Shown here piece by piece: positions 28,238 to 37,348 of a stretch of 57,863 bases of DNA. Each line of letters starts with the position of its first letter. Within the stretch, counting starts at the first letter, position 1. Origin of the DNA: Pseudomonadota bacterium. GTDB taxonomy: Bacteria; Bdellovibrionota_F; JAHFAK01; JBDREC01. The translations under genes and the position numbers were made by a program. The notes below the pieces were generated by a model that worked only from the letters and a program-made list of their open reading frames with translations, had not been told where the DNA came from and did no database searches. Location: assembly GCA_043820105.1 (NCBI GenBank), contig JBDREC010000034.1:1-57863 (forward strand). The letters run 5' to 3'.

Positions 28238-28583
28238 AAAGAGTCCTATGGATATATGGATAACTGGCTGCGTAGCTTATGGACAAGCTACGCCCTAAAT
28301 AGCCAGTTACCCACATACCCACAGGACCTACTGCTATTTTTATTAAATATTATTTTTAAAAAAAGATTACGCATATGGATTTTAAAGCAAATTAAAATGC
28401 TTTTTTCTCTTATTAAAATTTAATTTAGTAGCAGGTCCTGTGGTATTGTGGGTAACTGTCATAAAAATAGAGGCTGTGGGTAGCTTATTAAAAACTCTTT
28501 CCTTTAACATATTATATGAGTTTTTAATAAGCTGCCCACAGCCTTACAATTGACAGTTATCCATAATTCCATCAGGACTCTTT
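28238..28583. repeat. Two divergent copies of a nested-hairpin element
   Basis: GTCCTGTGG..GTGGGTAACTG...CAGTTATCCAT..AGGACTCTTT on the minus strand (28238-28336) and the plus strand (28426-28583). Confidence 0.75.
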
Positions 28584-28797
28584 TATCCATGTGTCACAGA
28601 ATTTTAGTGCTTATCTTATTTTTTATTGAATATTTGAGTGTGCACCCATTGGGTTATTTATGAATATATTAATCTTTTGCTTAATATCCCGATCTTATCT
28701 TGGTTTGCTCTGTCTTCTATTCTTCTCTTTTATCAAGAATCGCCTTGTTTAGTTATTAATTAAAATGTTCTGTCTTGGTAGATTTTAAATTGTTTTT

Positions 28798-30663
28798 TTA
28801 AAATTGAAAAATCACTGAAAAAATATCAAATACATAATCAAAGTTCTCATCAACATTATGAAACTCAACCTTTATATCTCCAACTCCATTTAATTCTTCT
28901 ATTGGTAATTCAATTTGAATATCTTCATCTTCTGTTAATTTTATATTTTCCTTTAATACAACTCTTTTATCAGTTCCCTGATAAATATTTACACCTGTTA
29001 CTGAAATGCTCTCTATACCTGTATAGCAAAAAGCATCTTTAAAAATGAGTTCTTGCCCTTCCTTTAAACCCATTAAATAATCATAGGCTTTCTTTTTTGA
29101 TATATGTATAATAATCCCCATCCCATCAGATAATTCATCAGTTATCACTGGTTTATAATAATAAACATCATCTAATTTAGTAAAATTTAGTTTATTTGAA
29201 AAATCTTCAAAAACATGAGGCTCATGATTAAAATCCCTTACATCAGGATGTTTTAATTCTAAACAATTATTAAATGGATCAATATACATTTTCCCGGAAC
29301 TTTCTTCCTTTACAAGAAAAAGTTCATTTTCTGAATCTTTAAATAAATATTCATATCCCTGGTCACCTTTAAAAAGCAAGGATTCTCCTGTTAGTAAATC
29401 CAATTCAACTTTAAATTTTAAAAGAAACTCTGACTTCATATCAAGCTTGATTAGTTCCTTAACATCATCTGGCATAAATTTAATAAAATCTTCAGGAATA
29501 AAGGTGGAAGATTCTTCCTTTTTTATGAAATTATTTTTAGTTTCAGAATCATCAGAGCCCACAATACCCTTTTCTTCAGTTAAAGATATTATTAAAATAT
29601 TTACTTCATTTTTATAAACTTCTAGTTGGCCAATAAGCTCTAAATTATAATCCAAAACCTGGTTTGTATATTTTTTTAAATTAAACGTTATTTTACTTTC
29701 CATAAAATCAACATTTATCCAAGACACCATTTTTGACTGACTTTCTTCATTTATCATATTTTCAGCACTATAGATAGATTCTTGCTTGTCATTTAAAATC
29801 TCAGATAACTGAAAGATGTAAGGACTGTTTTCTTTTAGTTTATTCATTTTCTCTTTATAAGCTTTCTTTTTTTCTTCTTCCTCTAATCTCTTTTGCTCTT
29901 CTTCCAATTTCTTCTTTTCCTCTTCAGTTATGATCTTTTCAACCTTCTCTTCCGGCTTATCAACAATCGACAAAAAGGTTTTTTCAATATTTGCATTTGT
30001 ATATTCAAGATCATAAACTAGAACATCTTTATCATCTTCAACAGGAGTAACTTCAACGTGATGCATTGCTATTTTATCTTTAATATAAAGAGCAAGAGTC
30101 ATTGATTTTGCATGAACAACTTCTTCTAATTTTGTGCACCCTGCACAGTCTAAATTTGACCATGCAAAGGTTTTATCTTCTTTCCTATTTATTTTTGCTA
30201 TTAGAATTATTTTACTATCATCTTCAGTTGGATTGTTTTTAATTTCTTCATAAGTGACCTTGCCAGCTGTAAAATAATCATCTAAAATCAAAACCCAGTG
30301 ATCAGAGTATTCAATACCCTCAAATTTGAAACTAAATGATATTGCAGGCATTTCAAATTCAGGACCAGGTGAAAAAGAACTTGGTACTGGTCTTTTCAAG
30401 CTGACAGTAAACTGTGTTCCTGGATCGCTATATTGTCTGCCTTCCCATTTTATTAAACCTTTTTTATTTTGATCTTTAGGTTTTGGGGCTAAGGGATCAA
30501 CTTCTTGTATTTGAGGTAATGTTGTTGAAGTTAAATCCTTTATCTGTTTTGGAATTATAGGATCAGGTCCCTTAACTATATTTTTTGAACAAGATATAAA
30601 ACTAAATGAAAAAATGATTAAAATTAAATTAATAAAAAAGAAGTTCTTGCTAAATTTTAACAT
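28798..30663 (-). CDS. Putative lipoprotein, C-terminal half paralogous to 8519..9748
   Basis: GGGAG RBS before ATG 30663, lipobox FISC, central charged coiled coil. Confidence 0.65.
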   Translation of the reverse strand: MLKFSKNFFFINLILIIFSFSFISCSKNIVKGPDPIIPKQIKDLTSTTLPQIQEVDPLAPKPKDQNKKGLIKWEGRQYSDPGTQFTVSLKRPVPSSFSPGPEFEMPAISFSFKFEGIEYSDHWVLILDDYFTAGKVTYEEIKNNPTEDDSKIILIAKINRKEDKTFAWSNLDCAGCTKLEEVVHAKSMTLALYIKDKIAMHHVEVTPVEDDKDVLVYDLEYTNANIEKTFLSIVDKPEEKVEKIITEEEKKKLEEEQKRLEEEEKKKAYKEKMNKLKENSPYIFQLSEILNDKQESIYSAENMINEESQSKMVSWINVDFMESKITFNLKKYTNQVLDYNLELIGQLEVYKNEVNILIISLTEEKGIVGSDDSETKNNFIKKEESSTFIPEDFIKFMPDDVKELIKLDMKSEFLLKFKVELDLLTGESLLFKGDQGYEYLFKDSENELFLVKEESSGKMYIDPFNNCLELKHPDVRDFNHEPHVFEDFSNKLNFTKLDDVYYYKPVITDELSDGMGIIIHISKKKAYDYLMGLKEGQELIFKDAFCYTGIESISVTGVNIYQGTDKRVVLKENIKLTEDEDIQIELPIEELNGVGDIKVEFHNVDENFDYVFDIFSVIFQF

Positions 30664-30752
30664 AAGAGTTCTCCCATTTTTAGCCTGATTAAAAACAAAC
30701 CGATAACACATTTTGCGCCTTGCGTCAACTTGATTCTTCAAATTAAATCAAT

Positions 30753-30768
30753 TGCAACCTTTATGCCA
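30753..30768 (-). promoter_or_regulatory. sigma54 promoter TGGCATAAAGGTTGCA
   Basis: Near-consensus GG-N10-GC upstream of 30663. Confidence 0.85.
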
Positions 30769-31076
30769 AATTTATGCTATAATGATTTCAATGAGATACG
30801 CTTTTTACAATATAAATAAATTAGTAAATTTATATTTTTTCTCTATTTCTGGAATTTTCTTTCAAAAATTAAAATAATGTAAATAATAGTCTCGCTGAAT
30901 TTGAGAAGCAATTTAGTGATCCAATGTGGACACAAGAATTAGTAGGCCAGGAAAACAACATCCTTTTAATGGGCTTAAGAGAAGAATAAATTTCATTTTT
31001 GGTATTATATTTTCCATATCTCGTAACATCTTTTCTTTCTAAAGCATAACTTATTGTTTTTATATGCAGCCTAAAT

Positions 31077-31092
31077 TGGCATGAAGTTTGCT
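31077..31092 (+). promoter_or_regulatory. sigma54 promoter TGGCATGAAGTTTGCT
   Basis: Near-consensus GG-N10-GC upstream of 31170. Confidence 0.85.
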
Positions 31093-31169
31093 AGTAATAT
31101 TTTTAAAAACTAAGTAGTTAGAACAGTTGAAACACTAAACTTAAACATGAAAGCATTAGGAGACATCTT

Positions 31170-32096
31170 ATGAAACCCATTATTATCAGCGAATCTATGA
31201 TTGAAATTTCAAATATAGTTAAAAGTATTAAAGGTAAAAACTCTTCTGTTTTAATTACAGGTGAAAGTGGTGTTGGCAAAGACGTTATCGCAAGAATGAT
31301 TAATGAAATTGAAGGCAATAGCTCAAGACCTTTTATTGCGATAAACTGCGCATCTATTCCAGAAACCTTGCTTGAATCAACTCTTTTTGGTCATGAAAAA
31401 GGTGCTTTTTCCGGAGCATGCAAAACAGTTCCTGGAAAATTTGAACTTGCCTTTGATGGTGATATTTTTTTTGATGAAATTGGATGCTTTCCTTTAAATC
31501 TTCAAAGCAAATTATTGAGAGCAATTGAAGCAAAAGAAATAGAAAGACTTGGAAGTACCACAACAAGAAAAATAAATTGCAGAATAATCGCGGCAACTAA
31601 TGAAAAATTAGAGAAGCTAGTTATGCAAGGCAATTTTAGACGAGATCTTTTTTATAGACTAGATGTTATAAGGATAAATATACCACCCTTAAGAAATAGA
31701 ATTGAAGACATTCTTCCTTGTGCGAAATTTTTTCTCAAACAGTGTCAAAGAGAAGATATTTATTTTACTGAAGATGCCATTCACAAACTTAAATCATATC
31801 CTTGGCCTGGAAATTTAAGAGAACTAAAAAATCTAATTAATAGAATAAGCGTTTTTTGTGATTTCCCGAGAATACAAGCTCAAGATATTAATCTAAACAA
31901 AAATACTTTGCCATTAATTGAAAACAAAAAAGATTTAATATTATCAGTAAAGTCATCAGAAAAAGAACACATATCCGATATTCTAAAAAGAAACAATGGC
32001 TGCAAACTGAAAACACAAAAAGACCTAAATATTTCCAGAGCTACACTTTATAGAAAGTTAAAAAAACATGAGATAAACAGATATTTACCTTTCTAA
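31170..32096 (+). CDS. sigma54 enhancer-binding protein without N-terminal regulatory domain (AAA+-HTH)
   Basis: GESGVGKD, GAFSGA, FFDEIG, FRRDLFYRL, WPGNLREL, ISRATLYRKL; AGGAG RBS. Confidence 0.92.
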   Translation: MKPIIISESMIEISNIVKSIKGKNSSVLITGESGVGKDVIARMINEIEGNSSRPFIAINCASIPETLLESTLFGHEKGAFSGACKTVPGKFELAFDGDIFFDEIGCFPLNLQSKLLRAIEAKEIERLGSTTTRKINCRIIAATNEKLEKLVMQGNFRRDLFYRLDVIRINIPPLRNRIEDILPCAKFFLKQCQREDIYFTEDAIHKLKSYPWPGNLRELKNLINRISVFCDFPRIQAQDINLNKNTLPLIENKKDLILSVKSSEKEHISDILKRNNGCKLKTQKDLNISRATLYRKLKKHEINRYLPF

Positions 32097-32299
32097 CCAA
32101 TAACAGGGAATTTCGATTTGTTAATAAAAAGAAAGTTATCAAAGCTTTTGCTAAAATTCTTTTTGAGGCATCAAAAAAATATGAAATCAAAATATTTCAT
32201 TTTATTTTACTATCAAACCATTATCACTTGCCATGTCAGACAGTTTTGCCTTTGTTTCTGCAATTGAATTATATTCAACATCCTGAAATTCTAACATAA
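32096..32299 (+). pseudogene. Fragment of a Y1 (IS200/RAYT-like) HUH transposase
   Basis: Manual translation TNNREFRF..LFEASKKYEIKIFHFILLSNHYHL; no start codon and no C-terminus. Confidence 0.65.
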
Positions 32300-32310
32300 A
32301 CACCTCAAAC

Positions 32311-32340
32311 ATATTATGACCATAATTATAGTCATAATAT
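32311..32340. promoter_or_regulatory. 30-bp near-perfect palindrome (operator-like)
   Basis: ATATTATGACCATAATTATAGTCATAATAT. Confidence 0.5.
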
Positions 32341-32440
32341 TATATTTTGTAAATACTATAAAGGACATTAAGATCTCAAATTCCTGCAAGATTCCCGTCT
32401 ACAAGCAGTAAAAGCTAGTAACAAAATGTCTTACTTTTTT

Positions 32441-32623
32441 CTAATATCAAAAAAAGATGCAGGGTTTGAACCATTTATTTGGGCTTCTTTAATAGTAGAT
32501 GTAGAAAAACTGGAATTTCTTCCCTGAATTATAATAAATATTGATTTTAATGAAGTAAAAAATTTCTTTCTGAGTTTAAAAGATGAAATCTTAGATAAAA
32601 TAAATCCTGATAATCGAAGATAA
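32441..32623 (+). pseudogene. Gene remnant resembling the C-terminus of AbiEii-like nucleotidyltransferases
   Basis: KKDAGFEPFIWASLI..LP*II..EVKNFFLSLKDEILDKINP with an internal TGA. Confidence 0.35.
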
Positions 32624-32670
32624 GCAAATCGATTTCCCTAATATTATTAGCTTTGTTGCTGGTTGCTAGC

Positions 32671-32712
32671 AAAATTTTCAATAATCAACAATCAATTCTC
32701 AATTTTCAATGG
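32671..32712 (+). repeat. 42-bp heptamer-based direct repeat, copy 1
   Basis: AAAATTTTCAATAATCAACAATCAATTCTCAATTTTCAATGG, identical at 36528-36569. Confidence 0.9.
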
Positions 32713-32759
32713 TTAAAAAAAACATGATATGTTTCTGATATGATTGACTTTCAGTGTAA

Positions 32760-32996
32760 GTGATCTATGATCATCATAAAAGAGAACTTTTAAACAAAAT
32801 TACAGATATTCAGCATGATTTTCAAAAAGTTATTATTTCGGCACAGCATGTGCACTTGGACCATGATAATTGTCTTGAAATAATAGCAGTTAAGGGAAAT
32901 CCTGGGAAAGTACTAAAATTGGCCAATCAATTAAAAGCAATAAAAGGTGTAAAGCAAGGGACCTTAAGTATGTCTTCTGCTGGAAAAAAGATCTGA
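32760..32996 (+). pseudogene. nikR: NikR C-terminal nickel-binding domain only (RHH domain missing)
   Basis: YDHH..IQH..HVHLDHDNCLE; upstream frame closed. Confidence 0.8.
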
Positions 32997-33017
32997 CAAA
33001 TATTTTTTTGATCAATA

Positions 33018-33044
33018 GTAACACGTATTACATATTCATGTTAC
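33018..33044. promoter_or_regulatory. Putative NikR operator GTAACAC-N13-ATGTTAC
   Basis: Widely spaced dyad between the nikR remnant and nikMN. Confidence 0.65.
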
Positions 33045-33090
33045 GCAAATGGAAAGGTTTAATAATACTAATGGCAAACAGGAGGCAGAT

Positions 33091-34131
33091 ATGCACATGG
33101 CTGACGCATTAATTTCGCCGCCGATAGGCGTAACAATGCTTATAGTTTCCGCTGGGCTAATTACATATAGCGCGAAAAAAATAAAAGCTGACTCCGATGA
33201 GAAAAAAATTCCGCTCATGGGAGTTTTGGGTGCTTTTATTTTTGCGTCTCAAATGATTAATTTTAGTATTCCAGCTACTGGCTCAAGTGGACATTTAGGT
33301 GGCGGAATGATTTTAGCTATATTGCTTGGGCCGTACCCAGCTTTTCTTGTAATGTGTTCAGTGCTATTGGTACAGGCCCTGTTTTTCGCTGATGGTGGCT
33401 TGTTGGCTCTCGGTTGTAATATGTTTAATTTAGGATTTTTCCCATGTTTTATCGCTTATCCATTTGTTTTCAGGAAGCTTATAAAAAATAATTTTAATGA
33501 AAAACAAATGCTTATAGCTTCGCTTGTATCAGCAATAATTGCCTTACAGCTTGGTGCATTTTGTGTTGTGCTGGAAACCTTTTTTTCTGGAATTTCTGAG
33601 CTGCCTTTTAAAACTTTTTTCTTCATGATGCAGCCAATTCATTTGGCAATTGGCATTGTTGAGGGAATAGTTACTTCTGCAGTTGTAATATTTATATGGA
33701 AAGCAAAACCGGAGATTTTTAATTCAGCATTTAACAAGACAAGCATGGCAAGCACTAAGCTTAAAAAAGTTATAATATCCCTTTTGATTATTTCGGCCTT
33801 GGTTGGTGCTATTATAAGCTGGTTTGCCTCGTCAAACCCTGATGGACTTGAATGGTCTATGTTTAAAACATCAGGGCATGAAGAATTAGAAACTCCAGGT
33901 AATAATATTTATTCTAAAGCTGCAGAGATTCAAGCAAAGACAACCTTTATGCCCGATTATGCCTTTAAAAAAGATGCAGCTAAAAACATAAGCACTGAAG
34001 AAAGTCCCGGATTATGGGCTTCAGTAGATTTCGGAACATCAATAGCCGGGATAGTTGGAGCTGCCTTGACACTTATCATTATATTATTTATAGGATTCGC
34101 ACTCAAAAAAAAAGCAAGGCTTAGTAATTGA
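33091..34131 (+). CDS. nikMN: Nickel/cobalt ECF transporter substrate component, NikMN/CbiMN-type fusion
   Basis: GGAGG RBS then MHMADAL N-terminus, GSSGHLGGG, PDGLE motif. Confidence 0.9.
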   Translation: MHMADALISPPIGVTMLIVSAGLITYSAKKIKADSDEKKIPLMGVLGAFIFASQMINFSIPATGSSGHLGGGMILAILLGPYPAFLVMCSVLLVQALFFADGGLLALGCNMFNLGFFPCFIAYPFVFRKLIKNNFNEKQMLIASLVSAIIALQLGAFCVVLETFFSGISELPFKTFFFMMQPIHLAIGIVEGIVTSAVVIFIWKAKPEIFNSAFNKTSMASTKLKKVIISLLIISALVGAIISWFASSNPDGLEWSMFKTSGHEELETPGNNIYSKAAEIQAKTTFMPDYAFKKDAAKNISTEESPGLWASVDFGTSIAGIVGAALTLIIILFIGFALKKKARLSN

Positions 34132-34940
34132 ATAAAATAGAAAATGAATTTTTTAATATTTCACACCTGGACAAGCTATCTACAATTGATAGCCCTATTC
34201 ATAAATTGGATGCCAGAGCCAAACTAATTACAACAGCAATATTTATAATAATAGTTGTTTCATATAATAAATATGCTATTTTAGCATTATTACCCTTTTT
34301 TCTATATCCTGTTGTTTTGATTACCATTGGAAATCTGCCCTGCATGTATTTGTTAAAAAAAATATTAATTGTTTCTCCGTTTGCAATAATGGTAGGTATA
34401 TTTAATCCAATAATAGACAATCAGGTTTTATTAAATTGGGGTTTTATAACAATCTCGGCTGGTTTTGTCTCCTTTATTTCAATAATAATAAAATTCATAT
34501 TAACGGTTTCAGCTGCCTTGATTCTTATTTCCTTGAGTAGTTTTAATTCTGTTTGTTATGCATTATTAAAACTGCGAGTTCCAAAATTATTTGTTGTACA
34601 ATTGTTATTTTTTTATCGATATATTTTTGTTTTAATTGATGAAGCAAAAAGAATGCAAAGAGCCAGGGCACTTAGAACTTTTCAACAGAGTAAAATACGT
34701 TTTAATACTTTCATTTCTCTTGTTGGAAATTTACTGGTGAGAACAATGGATAGAGCAGAAAGAATAAATTTAGCGATGTCTTGCAGGGGATTTGACGGAA
34801 ACATTCGCCTTTTAAATAAAACAAAATTTGGCTTAACTGAATTTTTTTTCATAAGCACAGCAACGATATTCTTTGTTATATTTAGGTGCTATAATGTGCC
34901 ACTTGTACTGGGAACATTAATCATGGAGATTATAAAATGA
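34128..34940 (+). CDS. nikQ: ECF transporter T component NikQ/CbiQ
   Basis: LDARAK, YRYIFVL..E..RM.RA, RAERI..AM..RGF. Confidence 0.9.
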   Translation: MNKIENEFFNISHLDKLSTIDSPIHKLDARAKLITTAIFIIIVVSYNKYAILALLPFFLYPVVLITIGNLPCMYLLKKILIVSPFAIMVGIFNPIIDNQVLLNWGFITISAGFVSFISIIIKFILTVSAALILISLSSFNSVCYALLKLRVPKLFVVQLLFFYRYIFVLIDEAKRMQRARALRTFQQSKIRFNTFISLVGNLLVRTMDRAERINLAMSCRGFDGNIRLLNKTKFGLTEFFFISTATIFFVIFRCYNVPLVLGTLIMEIIK

Positions 34941-35689
34941 GTCATCATATCGTTGAAGCAATAAATCTGCATTTTCAATATGCAGATGGCACAAAGGGTT
35001 TAAATGGTGTCTCTTTTAAAATAACACATGGTGAATCCGTTGCTTTAGTTGGTGAAAATGGGGCAGGAAAATCAACACTTTTACTTCATATGAACGGATG
35101 TTTATTTCCAACAGACGGAGAAATGAGAGTAGGTGAATATCCAATCACCCTGAATAATTTAAATATTATGAGAAGAACAGTTGGTATGGTCTTCCAAAAT
35201 GCCGATGACCAGCTTTTTATGCCGACTGTTTTTGATGATGTAGCATTTGGGCCGTTAAATTTGGGTCTTGAAAAAGTTGAAATAAGTAAAATAGTTGCAG
35301 CCTCTCTTGAAAAAGTTAGTATGCAGCATCTGTCAGCCAGACCGCCATACAATCTTTCTCAGGGGGAGAAAAGAGCTGTTGCAATAGCCACAGTCCTGGC
35401 CATGTCTCCGGATATTTTAGTAATGGATGAACCAACATCAAATTTAGATCCCGTTTCCCGCACGCGCCTAATTAATCTGCTAAAAGGTTTTAATCATACC
35501 AAAATTATAGCAACGCATGATTTGGATATGGCCCTGGATTTGTGTGAAAGGACAATTGTGTTACATGAGGGAAAGATTACAGCAGATGGTCCGACAAAAA
35601 AGCTTTTTTATGATGAAGCTCTTTTAAATAAAAGTAACCTTGAAAAACCTCTTAGATTTCAGCATTGTCCTGTCTGTAATAAAATTTGA
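34937..35689 (+). CDS. nikO: ECF transporter ATPase NikO/CbiO
   Basis: GENGAGKST, FQNADDQLF, LSQGE, MDEP, ATHD. Confidence 0.92.
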   Translation: MSHHIVEAINLHFQYADGTKGLNGVSFKITHGESVALVGENGAGKSTLLLHMNGCLFPTDGEMRVGEYPITLNNLNIMRRTVGMVFQNADDQLFMPTVFDDVAFGPLNLGLEKVEISKIVAASLEKVSMQHLSARPPYNLSQGEKRAVAIATVLAMSPDILVMDEPTSNLDPVSRTRLINLLKGFNHTKIIATHDLDMALDLCERTIVLHEGKITADGPTKKLFYDEALLNKSNLEKPLRFQHCPVCNKI

Positions 35690-35721
35690 GCAAATTGAAC
35701 ACTCACGTCCGTACTAAATAC

Positions 35722-35814
35722 TCACTGCTGCAAATGCACCATTGCTGCCAGGATACCAATAATAGCAACAACAATCATTAATTCAACGAGTGTAAAGCCT
35801 TTTTTCTTAACCCT
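35722..35814 (-). pseudogene. Type IV pilin N-terminal remnant
   Basis: Manual translation (R)VKKKG/FTLVELMIVVAIIGILAAMVHLQQ*; AAAGGGGA RBS followed by AGG instead of ATG. Confidence 0.75.
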
Positions 35815-35929
35815 GGTTGTCCCCTTTTTTATTTAAAATGAATATTATTATTATACTAAAAAAAAATAAAAAGATAATCAATAACCTTGATTAAAATCAT
35901 AAATTTTATTTATTTTTGGTAAAAACATA

Positions 35930-36406
35930 TTATGGATTATAGGCATAGATCCCTTTTGTACTAACACCCAAATCTGAATTATAACCACCAATTAAATAGA
36001 TTTTCCCATTAATTGCAGCTGCTCTTCCATGAGTTCTTTTTATTGAAGGCTCTGTAAGGCCAGTAAGCCATGTATCAACTAGATCTTCATCGCTTGATTC
36101 ACTTTGCGATGCTTCTGTACTATCATCATCATTACCACTGCTATTGGAATTTGTATTAAGACTTGAGTTTTCTGAAGCACTATTTTCTGACTCAGAGCTA
36201 CCACTATTAGCATTATTACTAGAAGCACCATTAGCGCTGTCTTCTAAAACTTCATCTCCATCATTTGTATTTTCATCTGAGCCATCACTTGAGGTTTCCG
36301 CTAGGTCTGAAAAATCAGAATAGTTTATTGTAGTATCACATGAACAAAACTGTAATGCTATTAATATAATTAGACTTATTGGCGCATAATTCATATTGTT
36401 TATCAC
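35930..36406 (-). pseudogene. Ser/Asp-rich lipoprotein ending after a single Kelch repeat (probably truncated)
   Basis: Lipoprotein-like signal; R..AAAINGKIYLIGG..YNP then stop. Confidence 0.55.
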
Positions 36407-36527
36407 AAATGTCTCCCAAATTTACTAGAATTAATTGTATCATATTAAGAAGAAAAAGACAATATTGCAGGTTTTCAATCAAAATAGAAATTTCATATAG
36501 ATTTTTGCTCTGTCATTAAAATCTGGT

Positions 36528-36569
36528 AAAATTTTCAATAATCAACAATCAATTCTCAATTTTCAATGG
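36528..36569 (+). repeat. 42-bp direct repeat, copy 2
   Basis: Identical to 32671-32712. Confidence 0.9.
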
Positions 36570-36597
36570 GAAAATTCTTTCCCAAATTACCACATTA

Positions 36598-37128
36598 TTA
36601 ATTATTTTCCTCCCTCCACCCCACAAAAACCCTATCAACAATCTTCTCACTACTTTCCCCAAGCCCAAAAGATACATATCTTCCATCTGACAATTGGCAT
36701 ACAAAACACTCCTTAAATGGAAGATATTTGCTTCCCAGCCACTTTGATTTTTTGTAGGATTTAAGATTTTCTTTGTTAATAAGCAGCTCATCTCTCCAAA
36801 GAGGTATAAGTCTTAGACTATTTTCATTTAAAACTATTATTCCTGGAGTTTGAATTTTTCCGATAAGTATTTGAGATTCCAAGATATTAGCTTCTTTATT
36901 TGTTACTCTCAATTTTAAGGCCTCTACTTTTTTTCCAAAAATATAATAAATAATTACTACTTGCAAACCACCAAAAAAAGTAAACAAAAAATATAATGAA
37001 TTCAGGCCCAGAAAAGGATAAAGCGCAATTGTTAACAAAAGCCCTAGAAAAAATGGAATTATTAGCCATAAGCGCATGATTTCCCAATTCCACATCCATT
37101 TTTCGTATAACAATTTAAAATTAAACAT
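36598..37128 (-). CDS. Hypothetical membrane protein (2 TM plus soluble domain)
   Basis: AAAGGA RBS, two N-terminal hydrophobic helices. Confidence 0.6.
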   Translation of the reverse strand: MFNFKLLYEKWMWNWEIMRLWLIIPFFLGLLLTIALYPFLGLNSLYFLFTFFGGLQVVIIYYIFGKKVEALKLRVTNKEANILESQILIGKIQTPGIIVLNENSLRLIPLWRDELLINKENLKSYKKSKWLGSKYLPFKECFVCQLSDGRYVSFGLGESSEKIVDRVFVGWREENN

Positions 37129-37170
37129 AAGTTTTCCTTTATTTTAAATTAATACCTATCAAGCCTTAAC

Positions 37171-37200
37171 CTTGTTCTCTTGTTCTCTTGTTCTCTTGTC
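37171..37200 (+). repeat. Octamer tandem repeat (CTTGTTCT)n
   Basis: About 3.7 units; reverse-complement units at 39600-39615. Confidence 0.8.
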
Positions 37201-37348
37201 CCCTAATCCCAATTTTTCTTTACATTTTTTTATTAATATTCTTTATAACAGCTGTTAAACTTTATAAAAAAAAGTAACTTATTTTTCAAATTAAAAAAGT
37301 AAAGACAATGAAGATCATTAATAAATAAAATTTACAAAATGGAAATAA

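Noticed and set aside
28238..28583. Possible oriC because of DnaA-box-like 9-mers
   Set aside because: The boxes are imperfect and embedded in hairpin arms, and no dnaA/dnaN/gidA context is present
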